Source: Actinomycetota bacterium (GTDB lineage: Bacteria > Actinomycetota > Geothermincolia > Geothermincolales > RBG-13-55-18). Taken from it: a stretch of 61,010 nucleotides of DNA. Where the stretch lies: assembly GCA_015711955.1 (NCBI GenBank), contig JACVJK010000004.1:1-61010 (forward strand). Reading direction: 5' to 3'. The translations under genes were made by a program, and so were the position numbers. Under the pieces are notes generated by a model. The model was not told the origin of the DNA and made no database searches. It saw nothing but the letters and a program-made list of their open reading frames with translations. Below are positions 1 through 9,790 of this stretch, piece by piece. The stretch's first letter is position 1; every line of letters starts with the position of its first letter.

Positions 1-183
1 AAGTCCCTCTTTGACCGATTTTAAAGGCGAAACGGGCTGATCGCTAACCCCTCTGAATCCTCACCCATAGTAGACGAACATCATCATGCAATAATACAAG
101 TATTCAATTATGTATAACTAAACTAAATTGTCATACTGATGTATATAATAAATCTTATAAAAACCCATTGAAGGAGGTGGATC

Positions 184-1716
184 ATGTTCGCCAAAGTCGG
201 TAGCTGCACGCTCGTGGGAATGGAAGTGGTAGAGGTGGAGGTGGAGATCAATTCCTCCCGGGGTTTGCCCGGAATCCACATGGTGGGCTTGCCAGATGCA
301 GCGGTCAAGGAGTCCTATCGCAGGATAAAGGCTGCCGTCGCCAACTCGGAGCTTCCTTGGTGTAAGCAGATGCTCACCATCAACTTAGCACCTGCAGACC
401 TGAGGAAGGAGGGGTCCAATTTCGATCTCCCCATAGCCGTGGGGATCCTCGCCGTAGCTGGGTGTTTCGCTCCTGAAGCCCTTTCCGGCAAGGTAATGGT
501 GGGAGAGCTTTCCTTGGACGGTAAAGTCAGGGGAGTAAAGGGAGCCCTGGCCATCGCCCTATGGGCGAGAAAAGAAGGCAAGGGGGAGTTGATTCTGCCA
601 TGGGAGAACCTGGGGGAGGCCTCACTGGTAAAGGGGCTGAAGGTGGTGGGGGTATCCCACCTGAGGGAAGTGTTGGAGTACTTAGTGGAGGGCAAATTGC
701 CCGATCAAAACCGTGGCAGTGAAGCTTTTGAATTACCACCTCAAAAAAAGTTGTGTCTTTCCCAAGTCAAAGGCCAGGCCATGGCCAAGCGGGCTCTGGA
801 GGTAGCGGCAGCGGGTTTTCACAACTTGCTCATGGTCGGTCCCCCGGGGTCGGGCAAATCCATGTTGGCGGAACGCCTTCCCACCATTATGCCGCCTTTG
901 AGTGAAGAGGAATTGTTAGAGGTGTTATGCATCCACAGCGTGGCTGGAAACCTAACGCCGTGGCGGATGTTGGACTCGTGTCCCCCTTTTCGCGCACCCC
1001 ATCACACCATTTCCAGCGTGGGATTAGCGGGGGGAGGAAAGGGCTTTCCCCGGCCGGGAGAGGTCACTTTGAGTCACCGGGGAGTTTTGTTTCTGGACGA
1101 GCTTCCAGAATTCCGCAGGGATGCCTTGGAAGTACTCCGCCAGCCCATGGAGGCGGGGGTGGTGACCATATCTCGATCCTTAGTGAGCACAACCTTCCCG
1201 GCCCGTTTCCTGATGGTGGCGGGTATGAACCCCTGCCCGTGTGGTTATCTTGGGGACAGGAAAAGGCCCTGCACTTGTCACCCATCCTTGGTGAGGAAGT
1301 ATTACGGGAAGATATCCGGACCCTTGCTGGACAGAATCGACATTCAAGTGGAAGTTCCCCGATTGACACCTACCGAGATGGTGGAGATGCCTACTGGAGA
1401 GACATCGGAGGAGGTCAGGAAGAGGGTAGAGTTGGCCCGCGAGATGCAGAGGAAAAGGTATGGTAGCCCTAACTTGTACACCGCTCACGTGGATATTTCT
1501 GAGTTGAGAGAAGCTTGTCGTCTGGGGCGAAGAGAGAAAGAGTTCATGTTCACCGCCGCTGAGAAGCTCGGCCTAACCGCTAGGGGCTTCGACCGATGTC
1601 TAAGGATTGCCAGGACAGTGGCGGATTTGGCGGGAAGGGAAGAGATACGTGTCTCTGACTTGGCTGAGGCGGTCCAGTACCGGGGCCTGGATCGGCTCAT
1701 CTTCAACGCTGCTTGA
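184..1716 (+). CDS. comM: Mg-chelatase-like AAA+ ATPase, YifB/ComM family
   Basis: The 510-aa ORF follows a GAAGGAGGTGG SD. It has Walker A MVGPPGSGKSM, LFLDELPEF, LRQPMEAGVVTISR and a CPCGYLGD..PCTC Cys cluster typical of ComM/YifB. Confidence 0.9.
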   Translation: MFAKVGSCTLVGMEVVEVEVEINSSRGLPGIHMVGLPDAAVKESYRRIKAAVANSELPWCKQMLTINLAPADLRKEGSNFDLPIAVGILAVAGCFAPEALSGKVMVGELSLDGKVRGVKGALAIALWARKEGKGELILPWENLGEASLVKGLKVVGVSHLREVLEYLVEGKLPDQNRGSEAFELPPQKKLCLSQVKGQAMAKRALEVAAAGFHNLLMVGPPGSGKSMLAERLPTIMPPLSEEELLEVLCIHSVAGNLTPWRMLDSCPPFRAPHHTISSVGLAGGGKGFPRPGEVTLSHRGVLFLDELPEFRRDALEVLRQPMEAGVVTISRSLVSTTFPARFLMVAGMNPCPCGYLGDRKRPCTCHPSLVRKYYGKISGPLLDRIDIQVEVPRLTPTEMVEMPTGETSEEVRKRVELAREMQRKRYGSPNLYTAHVDISELREACRLGRREKEFMFTAAEKLGLTARGFDRCLRIARTVADLAGREEIRVSDLAEAVQYRGLDRLIFNAA

Positions 1717-1796
1717 GCTCTCCAAGGCTACGCCAGGTACACGAAGGACTAGGACCCGACGCCTCAAGCCCTGTAATTTCGGTGAGAGTTTAGGGG

Positions 1797-3116
1797 GTGA
1801 AGGGAACGATGGAGCCAAGGGATAGGGAAAGGGCTTGCCTCGCATTGATCAGCGGCCTTCCGGGCATGAGCAGCCTGGCACTGCCCGCTTATCTGCGGGT
1901 GGCAGGAAGCGGGCAAGCGCTTTGGGAAGCCATCACCAGTGATTCGCAGGTGTCGCTGCCCGTGGACCCGGAACGAATCGGCGTTTGGCGCAAGGCGCTG
2001 AGGGGCAAGGAACCGGAGGAATACTTGGAGGAGCTGGCTAAAAAGGGCATCAGGGTGCTGCTACCTGGGGATTCCGAATACCCCCTGCTCCTCAACGAGA
2101 TATATGATCCGCCGCCTCTCATCTACGTTAGAGGGCTTAGGTTGCCCTCGGCGGATAGCAGGTCTTTTGTGGGGGTGGTGGGCTCTCGAAGATGCAGTGA
2201 TTATGGCAGGGAGACGGCTTTTTCCTTGTCTCGCTCCTTGGCGGAGAGAGGTGTGGTCATCGTCTCGGGAGCGGCGTATGGCGTAGACGGCTGGGCTCAC
2301 CGAGGATGTTTGGAGAAAGGAGGTTTTACCATAGCCGTTTTGGGTTGTGGTGTGGACGTGGTATATCCTTCCTTCCATCGAGATCTGCTGGAGTTGATAT
2401 GCGAAAGAGGAGCCGTGATCAGTGAGTATCCCCCCGGTACCGAACCCGCACCCTGGAGATTTCCCCATCGGAACAGGATAATAGCGGGAATGTGCCATTT
2501 CTTGGTGGTGGTGGAGGCGGCGGAAAGGAGCGGTGCTCTTATCACGGCTCAGTTGGCTTTGGAGGAGGGAAGGGATGTGGGCGCGGTTCCGGGACCGGTG
2601 AACAGCCCATTGAGCTTTGGGACCAATGCGCTTATCCAGAAGGGGGCCAAGCTTGTGAGGTCTGGGGATGATGTGTTGGAGGAGTTGCCGCCCCATTTGT
2701 GGGGAGGGTTCCAGGAAGTGCCCCGGGATGACTCCACGGCGAAGAAGACACGCCAATGGGGTGTTGGACCAGTGGCTAGGATGGTCGATGAGGGGATGGG
2801 AAATCTAGGGGCTGGAACCGAATCGAAGGCCCCGAGGGGAAAAAATAACGGATCTGAAATCTGCCCGTGGCTCCAGGATGATGAGGACCCTGCGGAAGGG
2901 GGCGAGGAGGATTCATTGGAAGATATGGAGAAGGAAGTTTTGAGAAGCTTGACGGAGGGGACTAAAGATCTGGATCAGCTGGCGTTGGAATTGGGTTCAG
3001 CCGTGGGTGAGTTGTTAAGCTGCCTGACCAACTTGAAGATGAGGGGCTTGATCCATGAGAGGGCGGGAGGTCTTTTCTGTGTCGCCGTGCCTTCTTGGGG
3101 AAAAGAGCTGGGTTGA
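1797..3116 (+). CDS. dprA: DNA-processing protein DprA/Smf, with an acidic insert and a C-terminal winged-helix-like tail
   Basis: Motifs VGSRRCSDYGRE, VVSGAAYGVDGWAHRG, VVVEAAERSGALITA and the conserved position after comM support the call. The start could be GTG 1797 or ATG 1809. Confidence 0.9.
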   Translation: MKGTMEPRDRERACLALISGLPGMSSLALPAYLRVAGSGQALWEAITSDSQVSLPVDPERIGVWRKALRGKEPEEYLEELAKKGIRVLLPGDSEYPLLLNEIYDPPPLIYVRGLRLPSADSRSFVGVVGSRRCSDYGRETAFSLSRSLAERGVVIVSGAAYGVDGWAHRGCLEKGGFTIAVLGCGVDVVYPSFHRDLLELICERGAVISEYPPGTEPAPWRFPHRNRIIAGMCHFLVVVEAAERSGALITAQLALEEGRDVGAVPGPVNSPLSFGTNALIQKGAKLVRSGDDVLEELPPHLWGGFQEVPRDDSTAKKTRQWGVGPVARMVDEGMGNLGAGTESKAPRGKNNGSEICPWLQDDEDPAEGGEEDSLEDMEKEVLRSLTEGTKDLDQLALELGSAVGELLSCLTNLKMRGLIHERAGGLFCVAVPSWGKELG

Positions 3117-3187
3117 TGGGGCGAGGTGATCTCGTGATCGTGCTCCGTTACCGAAACGCTGGACTCCCGATGTTTGCCTTTGTTCTA

Positions 3188-3216
3188 TTGACACCGAGCA
3201 TGATTTGCAATTATTT
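3188..3216 (+). promoter_or_regulatory. Candidate sigma-70-type promoter for xerC (TTGACA-N17-TTATTT)
   Basis: A perfect -35 TTGACA lies at 3188-3193. After a 17-nt spacer there is an A/T-rich -10-like hexamer at 3211-3216, inside the AT-rich gap 65 nt upstream of xerC. Confidence 0.35.
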
Positions 3217-3279
3217 TAACAATAGTTACTTTATGCAACATTAGCCAAAGTAGTTAACAGAAACCCTCATGAGTTCGAA

Positions 3280-4206
3280 ATGGTGACGGAGTTAGACTTT
3301 CTGGTGGATGAATATCTGGCCTTTTTGGGGAAGGAAAGAGGCTTTTCTTCCCATACCATCAGGTCATACCGGGCAGACCTGAGGCATTTCTGCCGGTATC
3401 TGGAGAAGGCAGGCATAAGAAATCTGGATGAGATGAGATCCATAGACCACCGCCTACTGAGAAGGTACCTGTCCTATCTGGAGGTATCAGGCTATCATAG
3501 GTCGTCCGTAGCAAGGAAAGCCTCCGCAGTAAAAGGATTTTTGGGCTTTGGACGTGATAGGGGTTGGTTTCCCGAAAACCCAGGGGTCATATTGGCCCTT
3601 CCCCGCAAGCCCCAAAGGCTTCCTCGAGTCCTGAAACCCGAGGAGATCGAGGTGGCCATGGAAAGGGAAGCCTGGTCGAACCGGAAAACCTTGCTGCGGG
3701 ACCTGGCTTTGGTGGAACTCCTATACGGGTGTGGGTTACGGGTAGGGGAGCTGGTAGGCCTGGATTTAGGAGATGTGGATTTCGAGCGTCAGGAAATCAG
3801 GGTATTGGGCAAGGGAGGTAAGGAAAGGGTTTTACCGGTGCACCGTCGGGCCTTGGGAATGTTGAGGGCATACCTCGAGGTGGAGAGGCCGATGTTTTTG
3901 AGGGGATCATCGGCCGTAGGCGGGGACGAGGAACCCCTTTTCGTCAACGTGAAGGGGAAAAGAATCAGTGACAGGGCCGTCAGGAGGGTTATTTACAGGA
4001 TTTTCCGGTGCCTTGAGGGGGGAAAGAGGGTATCCCCCCACGTACTACGTCATTCCTTTGCCACTCATTTGCTGCAGGGGGGTGCGGATCTCAGGGTGGT
4101 GCAGGAGCTGCTCGGTCACGTTGATATGAACGCCACCCAGATATATACTCATTTGAACAAAGGCCAGCTCAAAGAGGTTTACCGACACACTCATCCCCGC
4201 GCATGA
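3280..4206 (+). CDS. xerC: Tyrosine site-specific recombinase XerC/XerD
   Basis: The N-terminal SAM-like domain (HTIRSYRADLRHF) is present. The catalytic box is GLRVGELVGL ... HVLRHSFATHLL ... LLGHVDMNATQIYTH. Confidence 0.9.
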   Translation: MVTELDFLVDEYLAFLGKERGFSSHTIRSYRADLRHFCRYLEKAGIRNLDEMRSIDHRLLRRYLSYLEVSGYHRSSVARKASAVKGFLGFGRDRGWFPENPGVILALPRKPQRLPRVLKPEEIEVAMEREAWSNRKTLLRDLALVELLYGCGLRVGELVGLDLGDVDFERQEIRVLGKGGKERVLPVHRRALGMLRAYLEVERPMFLRGSSAVGGDEEPLFVNVKGKRISDRAVRRVIYRIFRCLEGGKRVSPHVLRHSFATHLLQGGADLRVVQELLGHVDMNATQIYTHLNKGQLKEVYRHTHPRA

Positions 4207-5063
4207 CAACCTCTTACGATGTCGGGAGAGACGGTGTTGAGATGCTGAACACGGCGGATTTCTACCGAAGAGGGGCTAGGTTGGACGAGATCCAGGACGT
4301 CGGCGAGGTCTGGAAGGAGTACAAGGAAAAGGGATCCCAGGAGGCAAGGGAAAAGCTGATACTAAACTACGCTCCTTTGGTCAAATACGTTGCTGGCCGG
4401 ATTTCTTCCAACCTTCCTCCCAACATCGAGTACGCTGACTTGGTGAGCTACGGGATCTTCGGCCTCATCGACGCCATCGAGAAGTACGATCCCGGTAGGG
4501 GCATCAAGTTCGAGACCTATGCCATAGCCAGGATAAAAGGTGCCATCATAGACGAGTTGAGATCCATCGACTGGGTGCCCCGATCGGTACGCTTCAAGGC
4601 TCGCGAGGTGGAAAAGGCTTTCATGGAGCTGGAAAATGAGCTCAAGCGGGTACCCACTGACGAGGAGGTGGCTGCCCACCTCAATATGTCCCTGGAAGAT
4701 TATTACAACCTCTTACAGCAGATGAGCTTCATCTCCATGGTGGCTTTGGACGAGCTTTGGGAGGTGGGAGGCGACAAGGCGGACAAGGTCAGCTTGGTGG
4801 ACACTCTGGAGGACACCAGGGTGAAAGATCCATCAAAGACCTACGAGTTTGAGGAGATGAAGGAGATCTTGGCCGACGCCATAAACCGCCTGCCAGAAAG
4901 GGAGAAGATCGTGATCACCCTATATTATTACGAGGGGCTTACCTTGAGGGAGATCGGGGAGGTGCTCGGCGTCACCGAGTCCAGGGTTTGTCAGATGCAC
5001 ACCAAAGCCATACTGCGCCTCAAAACCCGTTTGGCCAGCTTGAAAGGTACCTTCGAGCTCTAG
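4203..5063 (+). CDS. whiG: RNA polymerase sigma factor, sigma-28 (FliA/WhiG) family
   Basis: Region 2 reads LVKYVAGRI..DLVSYGIFGLIDAIEKYDP..KFETYAIARIKGAIIDELR. Region 4.2 reads LTLREIGEVLGVTESRVCQMHTKAILRLK. The ATG overlaps the xerC stop (ATGA). Confidence 0.85.
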   Translation: MTTSYDVGRDGVEMLNTADFYRRGARLDEIQDVGEVWKEYKEKGSQEAREKLILNYAPLVKYVAGRISSNLPPNIEYADLVSYGIFGLIDAIEKYDPGRGIKFETYAIARIKGAIIDELRSIDWVPRSVRFKAREVEKAFMELENELKRVPTDEEVAAHLNMSLEDYYNLLQQMSFISMVALDELWEVGGDKADKVSLVDTLEDTRVKDPSKTYEFEEMKEILADAINRLPEREKIVITLYYYEGLTLREIGEVLGVTESRVCQMHTKAILRLKTRLASLKGTFEL

Positions 5064-5092
5064 TTCGTCATCTTTTGAGAATTGCGATTCAC

Positions 5093-5112
5093 AACCGCAC
5101 GCCGGTTTTTTT
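5093..5112 (+). terminator. Weak rho-independent terminator candidate after the sigma factor gene
   Basis: An AACCG/CGGTT stem with a 5-nt loop is followed by a run of 7 T, 30 nt after the stop codon. Confidence 0.4.
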
Positions 5113-5323
5113 GAATGCGCCTCCTTACGCCCGGATTGTTCCCTGCTCGTATGCAAACGAAAACATGGAAAAACGCCGCTCGTATGTTTTCTAGCGTGAG
5201 GATCGAGGATTCATGGTCAAATTCCGACTGCAGGCGTGGGATCACGGAGAGGGATTTGCCACTCTAGCCGGCAAGGCAATTGCACGGGGAAGCAGTATGT
5301 GCCATATATGGCAAAGGTTTTCC

Positions 5324-5352
5324 TTGTAGGTCCCTGTGGCCTGTGGTATATT
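5324..5352 (+). promoter_or_regulatory. Candidate promoter for rpsB-tsf (TTGTAG-N17-TATATT with an upstream TG)
   Basis: A -35-like TTGTAG lies at 5324-5329. After a 17-nt spacer there is an extended -10 TGgTATATT at 5345-5352, about 140 nt upstream of the rpsB ATG. Confidence 0.35.
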
Positions 5353-5492
5353 GTTTGTTCGATATTTCACCCGGGGAGGTGAGACATCGACATATGTCAG
5401 TAAGAACGCACGCCCGTGGACCTTCTTCCGGGGTGCCCTTAGAGGTCGGAAGGGGGGATGAAGCGGGCGGAGGAAGAACCGGAGGTGATTCC

Positions 5493-6290
5493 ATGACTGT
5501 CGTTTCCATGAAGCACCTGCTGGAGGCGGGGGTTCACTTCGGACATCAGACCCGAAGGTGGAACCCCAAGATGAAAAAGTACATATACACCGAAAGGAAC
5601 GGCATCTACATCATCGACCTTCAACAGACCCTGAGGCTCATTGAGGTAGCCTACAATTTCATCCGCGACTTGGTCAGGGATGGGGGTACCGTCCTCTTCA
5701 TTGGCACGAAAAAACAGGCACAGGAAGCCATCCGCGAGAACGCTCGCCGTTGTGGCATGCCTTACGTGGTGAACCGGTGGCTCGGAGGGACGCTCACCAA
5801 CTGGGTAACCATTAGAACTCGAATACAGAAGCTTCGGGAGATGGAGGAGATGGAGGCCTCGGGAGAGATCGACCGCATGCCCAAGAAAGAGGCCACCAGG
5901 GTGCGGCACAAGCTGGCCAAATTGCGCCGAAACCTGGAAGGTCTAAGGGAAATGGACAGGTTGCCCGATGCTGTCTTCATCATAGATCCCCGTAAGGAGC
6001 ACATAGCTCTCACCGAAGCCCGCAAATTGGAAATCCCGGTGGTGGCGGTGGTGGACACCAATTGTGACCCGGATTTGGTGGATTACGTGATCCCCGGCAA
6101 CGACGATGCCATCCGTGCGGCCAACCTTATAAGCAAGATAATCTCCAACGCGGTGCTGGAAGGGAAGCATCTCCGAGAGATGATGGAGGCCTCTGTCAAA
6201 GAGGGAGATGAAGGTGAGCTGCGGGAAGAGGACATGGCGAGGTGGGGCGAGGAGCATGAGGCCGAGGAGAGGAGTTCCGTGGAAGCTTGA
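5493..6290 (+). CDS. rpsB: 30S ribosomal protein S2
   Basis: The conserved N-terminus is [25 protein letters not shown] 5493 is preceded by a GGAGGTG SD, and the tail is acidic. The ORF-track start at 5280 is a spurious upstream extension. Confidence 0.95.
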   Translation: MTVVSMKHLLEAGVHFGHQTRRWNPKMKKYIYTERNGIYIIDLQQTLRLIEVAYNFIRDLVRDGGTVLFIGTKKQAQEAIRENARRCGMPYVVNRWLGGTLTNWVTIRTRIQKLREMEEMEASGEIDRMPKKEATRVRHKLAKLRRNLEGLREMDRLPDAVFIIDPRKEHIALTEARKLEIPVVAVVDTNCDPDLVDYVIPGNDDAIRAANLISKIISNAVLEGKHLREMMEASVKEGDEGELREEDMARWGEEHEAEERSSVEA

Positions 6291-6334
6291 AACTCAATAG
6301 GTGGGGGTTTACGGATTTCAGGAGGAGATAACAG

Positions 6335-6955
6335 ATGAAGATAGACGCAGCCCAAGTGAAGGCCCTCAGAGAGGCCACCGGTGCCGGCGTTATGGATTGT
6401 AAGAAAGCCCTGGAGGAGGCGGGAGGAGACCAAGAAAAGGCCCTGCGCATACTCAGGGAAAAGGGTCTGGCGGGTGCCAAGAAGAAGGCGGGAAGGACGA
6501 CTACAGAAGGCGTGATCGACGCCTACATACACATGAACAACCGAGTGGGAGTGCTCATAGAGGTAAACTGCGAGACCGATTTCGTGGCCAGGAACGAGGT
6601 TTTCAAGAGCTTGGTTCATGACCTAGCCATGCACATCGCCGCTTCCAATCCGCTCTACGTGGGTCCTGAAGATGTGCCTCCAGAGGTTTTGGAGCAAGAG
6701 CGGGAGATCCAGCGCCAGAGGGCCCTAAACGAGGGCAAGCCCGAAAAAGTCATAGACAAGATTGTCGAGGGTAGGCTGAACAAGTTCTACGAGGAAGTAT
6801 GCTTGCTCAAGCAGCCCTTCGTGCGGGACCAAGAGCGCACGGTGGAAGAGGTGATCCAGCAGGCGATTGCTACCCTGGGAGAGAACATCGTGGTGAGGAG
6901 GTTCGTGAGGTATCAGCTGGGCGAGGCCGTGGCGGGAGAATCATCTTCGGAGTGA
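6335..6955 (+). CDS. tsf: Translation elongation factor Ts
   Basis: The sequence [28 protein letters not shown] is present (UBA-like N-terminus), preceded by a CAGGAGGAG SD. Confidence 0.95.
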   Translation: MKIDAAQVKALREATGAGVMDCKKALEEAGGDQEKALRILREKGLAGAKKKAGRTTTEGVIDAYIHMNNRVGVLIEVNCETDFVARNEVFKSLVHDLAMHIAASNPLYVGPEDVPPEVLEQEREIQRQRALNEGKPEKVIDKIVEGRLNKFYEEVCLLKQPFVRDQERTVEEVIQQAIATLGENIVVRRFVRYQLGEAVAGESSSE

Positions 6956-6971
6956 GGTCGAGCACCACGAT

Positions 6972-7001
6972 AAAGGGCGCCTGGAGAGGCGCCCTTTTGT
7001 T
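6972..7001 (+). terminator. Rho-independent terminator after tsf
   Basis: A perfect GGGCGCC/GGCGCCC 7-bp stem (6975-6981 and 6988-6994) has a 6-nt loop, is flanked by AAA and TTTTGTT, and lies 17 nt after the tsf stop. Confidence 0.75.
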
Positions 7002-7106
7002 ATATTGAATTGTGGAAGGTGGGTTTTGTTAGGGGGTGTTATCAGGGTATTGGGTTCGTTGAGGGGATGGCCGGTTAACGCTAAAAAGAAGTGGAGGTAA
7101 AGTCCA

Positions 7107-7892
7107 GTGGGAAAAGAGGTTATTGAAGAGGACAAAGCCCCTAGACCCCTATATCGCCGGGTTCTAATAAAATTGAGCGGCGAAGCCTTTATGGGGAAAA
7201 AGGAGTATGGCATTGACCCAGATACGGTCAACTCCATCGCTGACGAATTGGCCGAAGTGCATTCCCTGGGAGTGCAGATGGCCATAGTGGTGGGAGGTGG
7301 AAATATATTCCGGGGAATGGCTGCCAGCGCCAAGGGTATGGAAAGGGCCACTGCGGATTACATGGGAATGTTGGCCACCGTGATGAACAGCCTCGCCCTG
7401 CAAGATGCCCTTGAGAAAAGAGGGGTGGTTACCCGCGTGCAATCTGCCATCGAGATGCAAGCGGTGGCGGAGCCCTATATCCGGCGCAGAGCCATCAGGC
7501 ATCTGGAAAAAGGTCGAGTGGTGATCTTCGCTGCGGGCACAGGCAACCCATATTTTACCACTGACACCACCGCCGCCCTCAGGGCGCTGGAGATAAACGC
7601 CGAGGCCATACTCAAGGCTACCATGGTCGACGGCGTCTATGACTCCGACCCCATGACCAACCCGGAGGCCATGATGTACTCATCCTTGAACTACATCGAC
7701 GTCCTCCAACAAGGTTTAAAGGTGATGGACGCCACTGCGGTTTCGCTGTGCATGGACAACTCACTTCCCATCATCGTCTTCAATATGACCGTTCCTGGCA
7801 ACATAAAAAAGGTGCTTTTTGGGGAAAGAATCGGGACCATCGTCGCTTCAGAGCCCCTGTGTAGAGGGCGGGACCATCCCCGTGAGAATTGA
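7107..7892 (+). CDS. pyrH: UMP kinase
   Basis: Motifs [23 protein letters not shown] and [20 protein letters not shown] are present. The start is GTG. Confidence 0.95.
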   Translation: MGKEVIEEDKAPRPLYRRVLIKLSGEAFMGKKEYGIDPDTVNSIADELAEVHSLGVQMAIVVGGGNIFRGMAASAKGMERATADYMGMLATVMNSLALQDALEKRGVVTRVQSAIEMQAVAEPYIRRRAIRHLEKGRVVIFAAGTGNPYFTTDTTAALRALEINAEAILKATMVDGVYDSDPMTNPEAMMYSSLNYIDVLQQGLKVMDATAVSLCMDNSLPIIVFNMTVPGNIKKVLFGERIGTIVASEPLCRGRDHPREN

Positions 7893-8032
7893 CCTGCAAC
7901 TGATCTCCTCGACAGGCAATTCGAGGTGGAAAGGGTGAGGAAAAATAGACACCTCCCGAGGTCTCCCCTGCGGGGGCCATGGTGGTCGGTACGCTGGGAC
8001 TCATGGGAATCGGCGAGAACGTGGAGGTAGCC

Positions 8033-8590
8033 ATGATAGAGGAAGTACTACAGGACGCGGAACGGAGGATGAAGAAGACCATCGAGCACATCAAAGAGGA
8101 GTTCGCTTCGGTGCGAACGGGTAGGGCCAGCGCGTCTCTGGTAAACAAGATAATGGTTAACTACTACGGGCAACCCACGCCCCTGGTGCAGCTGGCCTCC
8201 GTGGGGGTGCCAGAGCCAAATCTCTTGGTGATCTCTCCCTACGACAAGAGCATCATCGGCGAGATCGAAAAGGCCATACAACAATCAGACCTCGGGTTGA
8301 ACCCGGTTAATGACGGAAACGTGATCAAGCTTCCAGTGCCCAAGCTCACCGAGGAAAGGAGGAAGGAGCTGGTGAAACTGGTGAGGGCCAAGGCGGAAGA
8401 GGGTCGGGTTGCTATAAGGAACATCCGCCGGGACGCCATCGAGGACCTCAGGGCCTTTGAGAAGGAGGGGGAGATCACCAAAGACGACCTCCACAGGGGA
8501 CAGGAAGAGATCCAAAAGCTCACGGACCGTTACATCGCAGAGACCGACGAGATGCTCAAGAACAAAGAGAAGGAGTTGATGGAGGTTTGA
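8033..8590 (+). CDS. frr: Ribosome recycling factor
   Basis: A GTGGAGG SD precedes ATG 8033. Motifs are [26 protein letters not shown] and RNIRRDA. The ORF-track start at 7979 is probably too long. Confidence 0.93.
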   Translation: MIEEVLQDAERRMKKTIEHIKEEFASVRTGRASASLVNKIMVNYYGQPTPLVQLASVGVPEPNLLVISPYDKSIIGEIEKAIQQSDLGLNPVNDGNVIKLPVPKLTEERRKELVKLVRAKAEEGRVAIRNIRRDAIEDLRAFEKEGEITKDDLHRGQEEIQKLTDRYIAETDEMLKNKEKELMEV

Positions 8591-8593
8591 GCT

Positions 8594-9508
8594 TTGGAGA
8601 AAGGGAAAGAAGAGGCCCACTCGCCTGAGGCGGGCATAGCCGCAGAGAACGTTTTTTGGAAGGAACTGGGGAGACGCTTCTCCGACCTTGTGGCCCGCTT
8701 GGTGAGCGCCGTCATTGTCGTGGTGGTGGTGCTCATCCTGCTGTGGTGGGGCGAGCTCCCCTTCAGCTTAGGGATGGCCCTCCTCTCCCTGGTCGGAATT
8801 AACGAGCTCTTCCAGGCATTGCACTCCAGGGGTTTCCGTCCGGCGGTGATACCTTCCCTGGTGGCCGGGGGCGCTCTTCCCCTAATTGCCTATTACTTCT
8901 TGGAAAGGGATGACGGCTTCGCCTGGCTAACCTTGGTCATTTCCCTTTACATCCCCCTGCTCTCGTTCTGGTGCCTCGTGCGCAGGAACCGAAAACGGGT
9001 AGCGGAGGATCTGGGAGTATCCCTATTGGGCGTCGTGATGGTGGGCTTTTGCCTTTCGCATTTCGTCCTCATGTTGGGGTTGGACTCGGAGAAACCTTGG
9101 ACTGTCCCCTTCAGCGTGATCGCGTTGGTATGGGTTTTTGATGCCGTCGCCTATCTAACGGGGACAGCTTTCGGCAAGAGGAAGATCGTCCCCTCCATAA
9201 GTCCTGGAAAGACATGGGAGGGAACGCTGAGTGCAGCGGCCCTGACATTGATTGCCGCGTACCTGCTTCACCTCCTCTTGAATAGGGAGTGGCTCAGCAT
9301 AGGGGCGGCCATGTCTCTGGGAGTGTTGGTGTGTGTCCTCGCCTTCCTCGGGGACCTGTTCGAATCCTCCCTCAAAAGGGAGCTGGGGATAAAGGACATG
9401 GGATCTCTCATACCGGGCCATGGAGGCGTTATGGACCGCTTCGATAGCATGCTCATGACCGCTGCGGTGTCTTATTACTTCTTCCGCTTCCTAGTCTTCA
9501 GGCTTTGA
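8594..9508 (+). CDS. cdsA: Phosphatidate cytidylyltransferase (CDP-diglyceride synthase)
   Basis: The protein is polytopic. The C-terminal signature is SSLKRELGIKDMGSLIPGHGGVMDRFDS. The start is TTG. Confidence 0.9.
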   Translation: MEKGKEEAHSPEAGIAAENVFWKELGRRFSDLVARLVSAVIVVVVVLILLWWGELPFSLGMALLSLVGINELFQALHSRGFRPAVIPSLVAGGALPLIAYYFLERDDGFAWLTLVISLYIPLLSFWCLVRRNRKRVAEDLGVSLLGVVMVGFCLSHFVLMLGLDSEKPWTVPFSVIALVWVFDAVAYLTGTAFGKRKIVPSISPGKTWEGTLSAAALTLIAAYLLHLLLNREWLSIGAAMSLGVLVCVLAFLGDLFESSLKRELGIKDMGSLIPGHGGVMDRFDSMLMTAAVSYYFFRFLVFRL

Positions 9509-9790
9509 GACGAAAAAGCGGTTTTCCCGATCCTCCATCACCCCACTGGGTTTGGTCAATCGAGAAGCTTCGCCGTCAATGCGGAGGTGATCGCCCCTGA
9601 TTAAATGCTCCTTTGCCAGTAGAGATCGAGCGATGAGGGGCATCCGCCTGCACGGATGTCCCATGTGCCACATCCCGTGACAGCCGCTGTTCCTTCGCCG
9701 GGGAACGAGGGAAGGTGCCGTTATTTGGGAGATTTGATGCTTGCGGACATCGGCCGGATATACCCGCTATCTCGCCCTTATAATGTTCCT

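Noticed and set aside
5280-5492. A 71-codon N-terminal extension of the rpsB ORF.
   Set aside because: S2 homology starts at [16 protein letters not shown] 5493 has a GGAGGTG SD, and the extension is Gly/Arg-rich noise.
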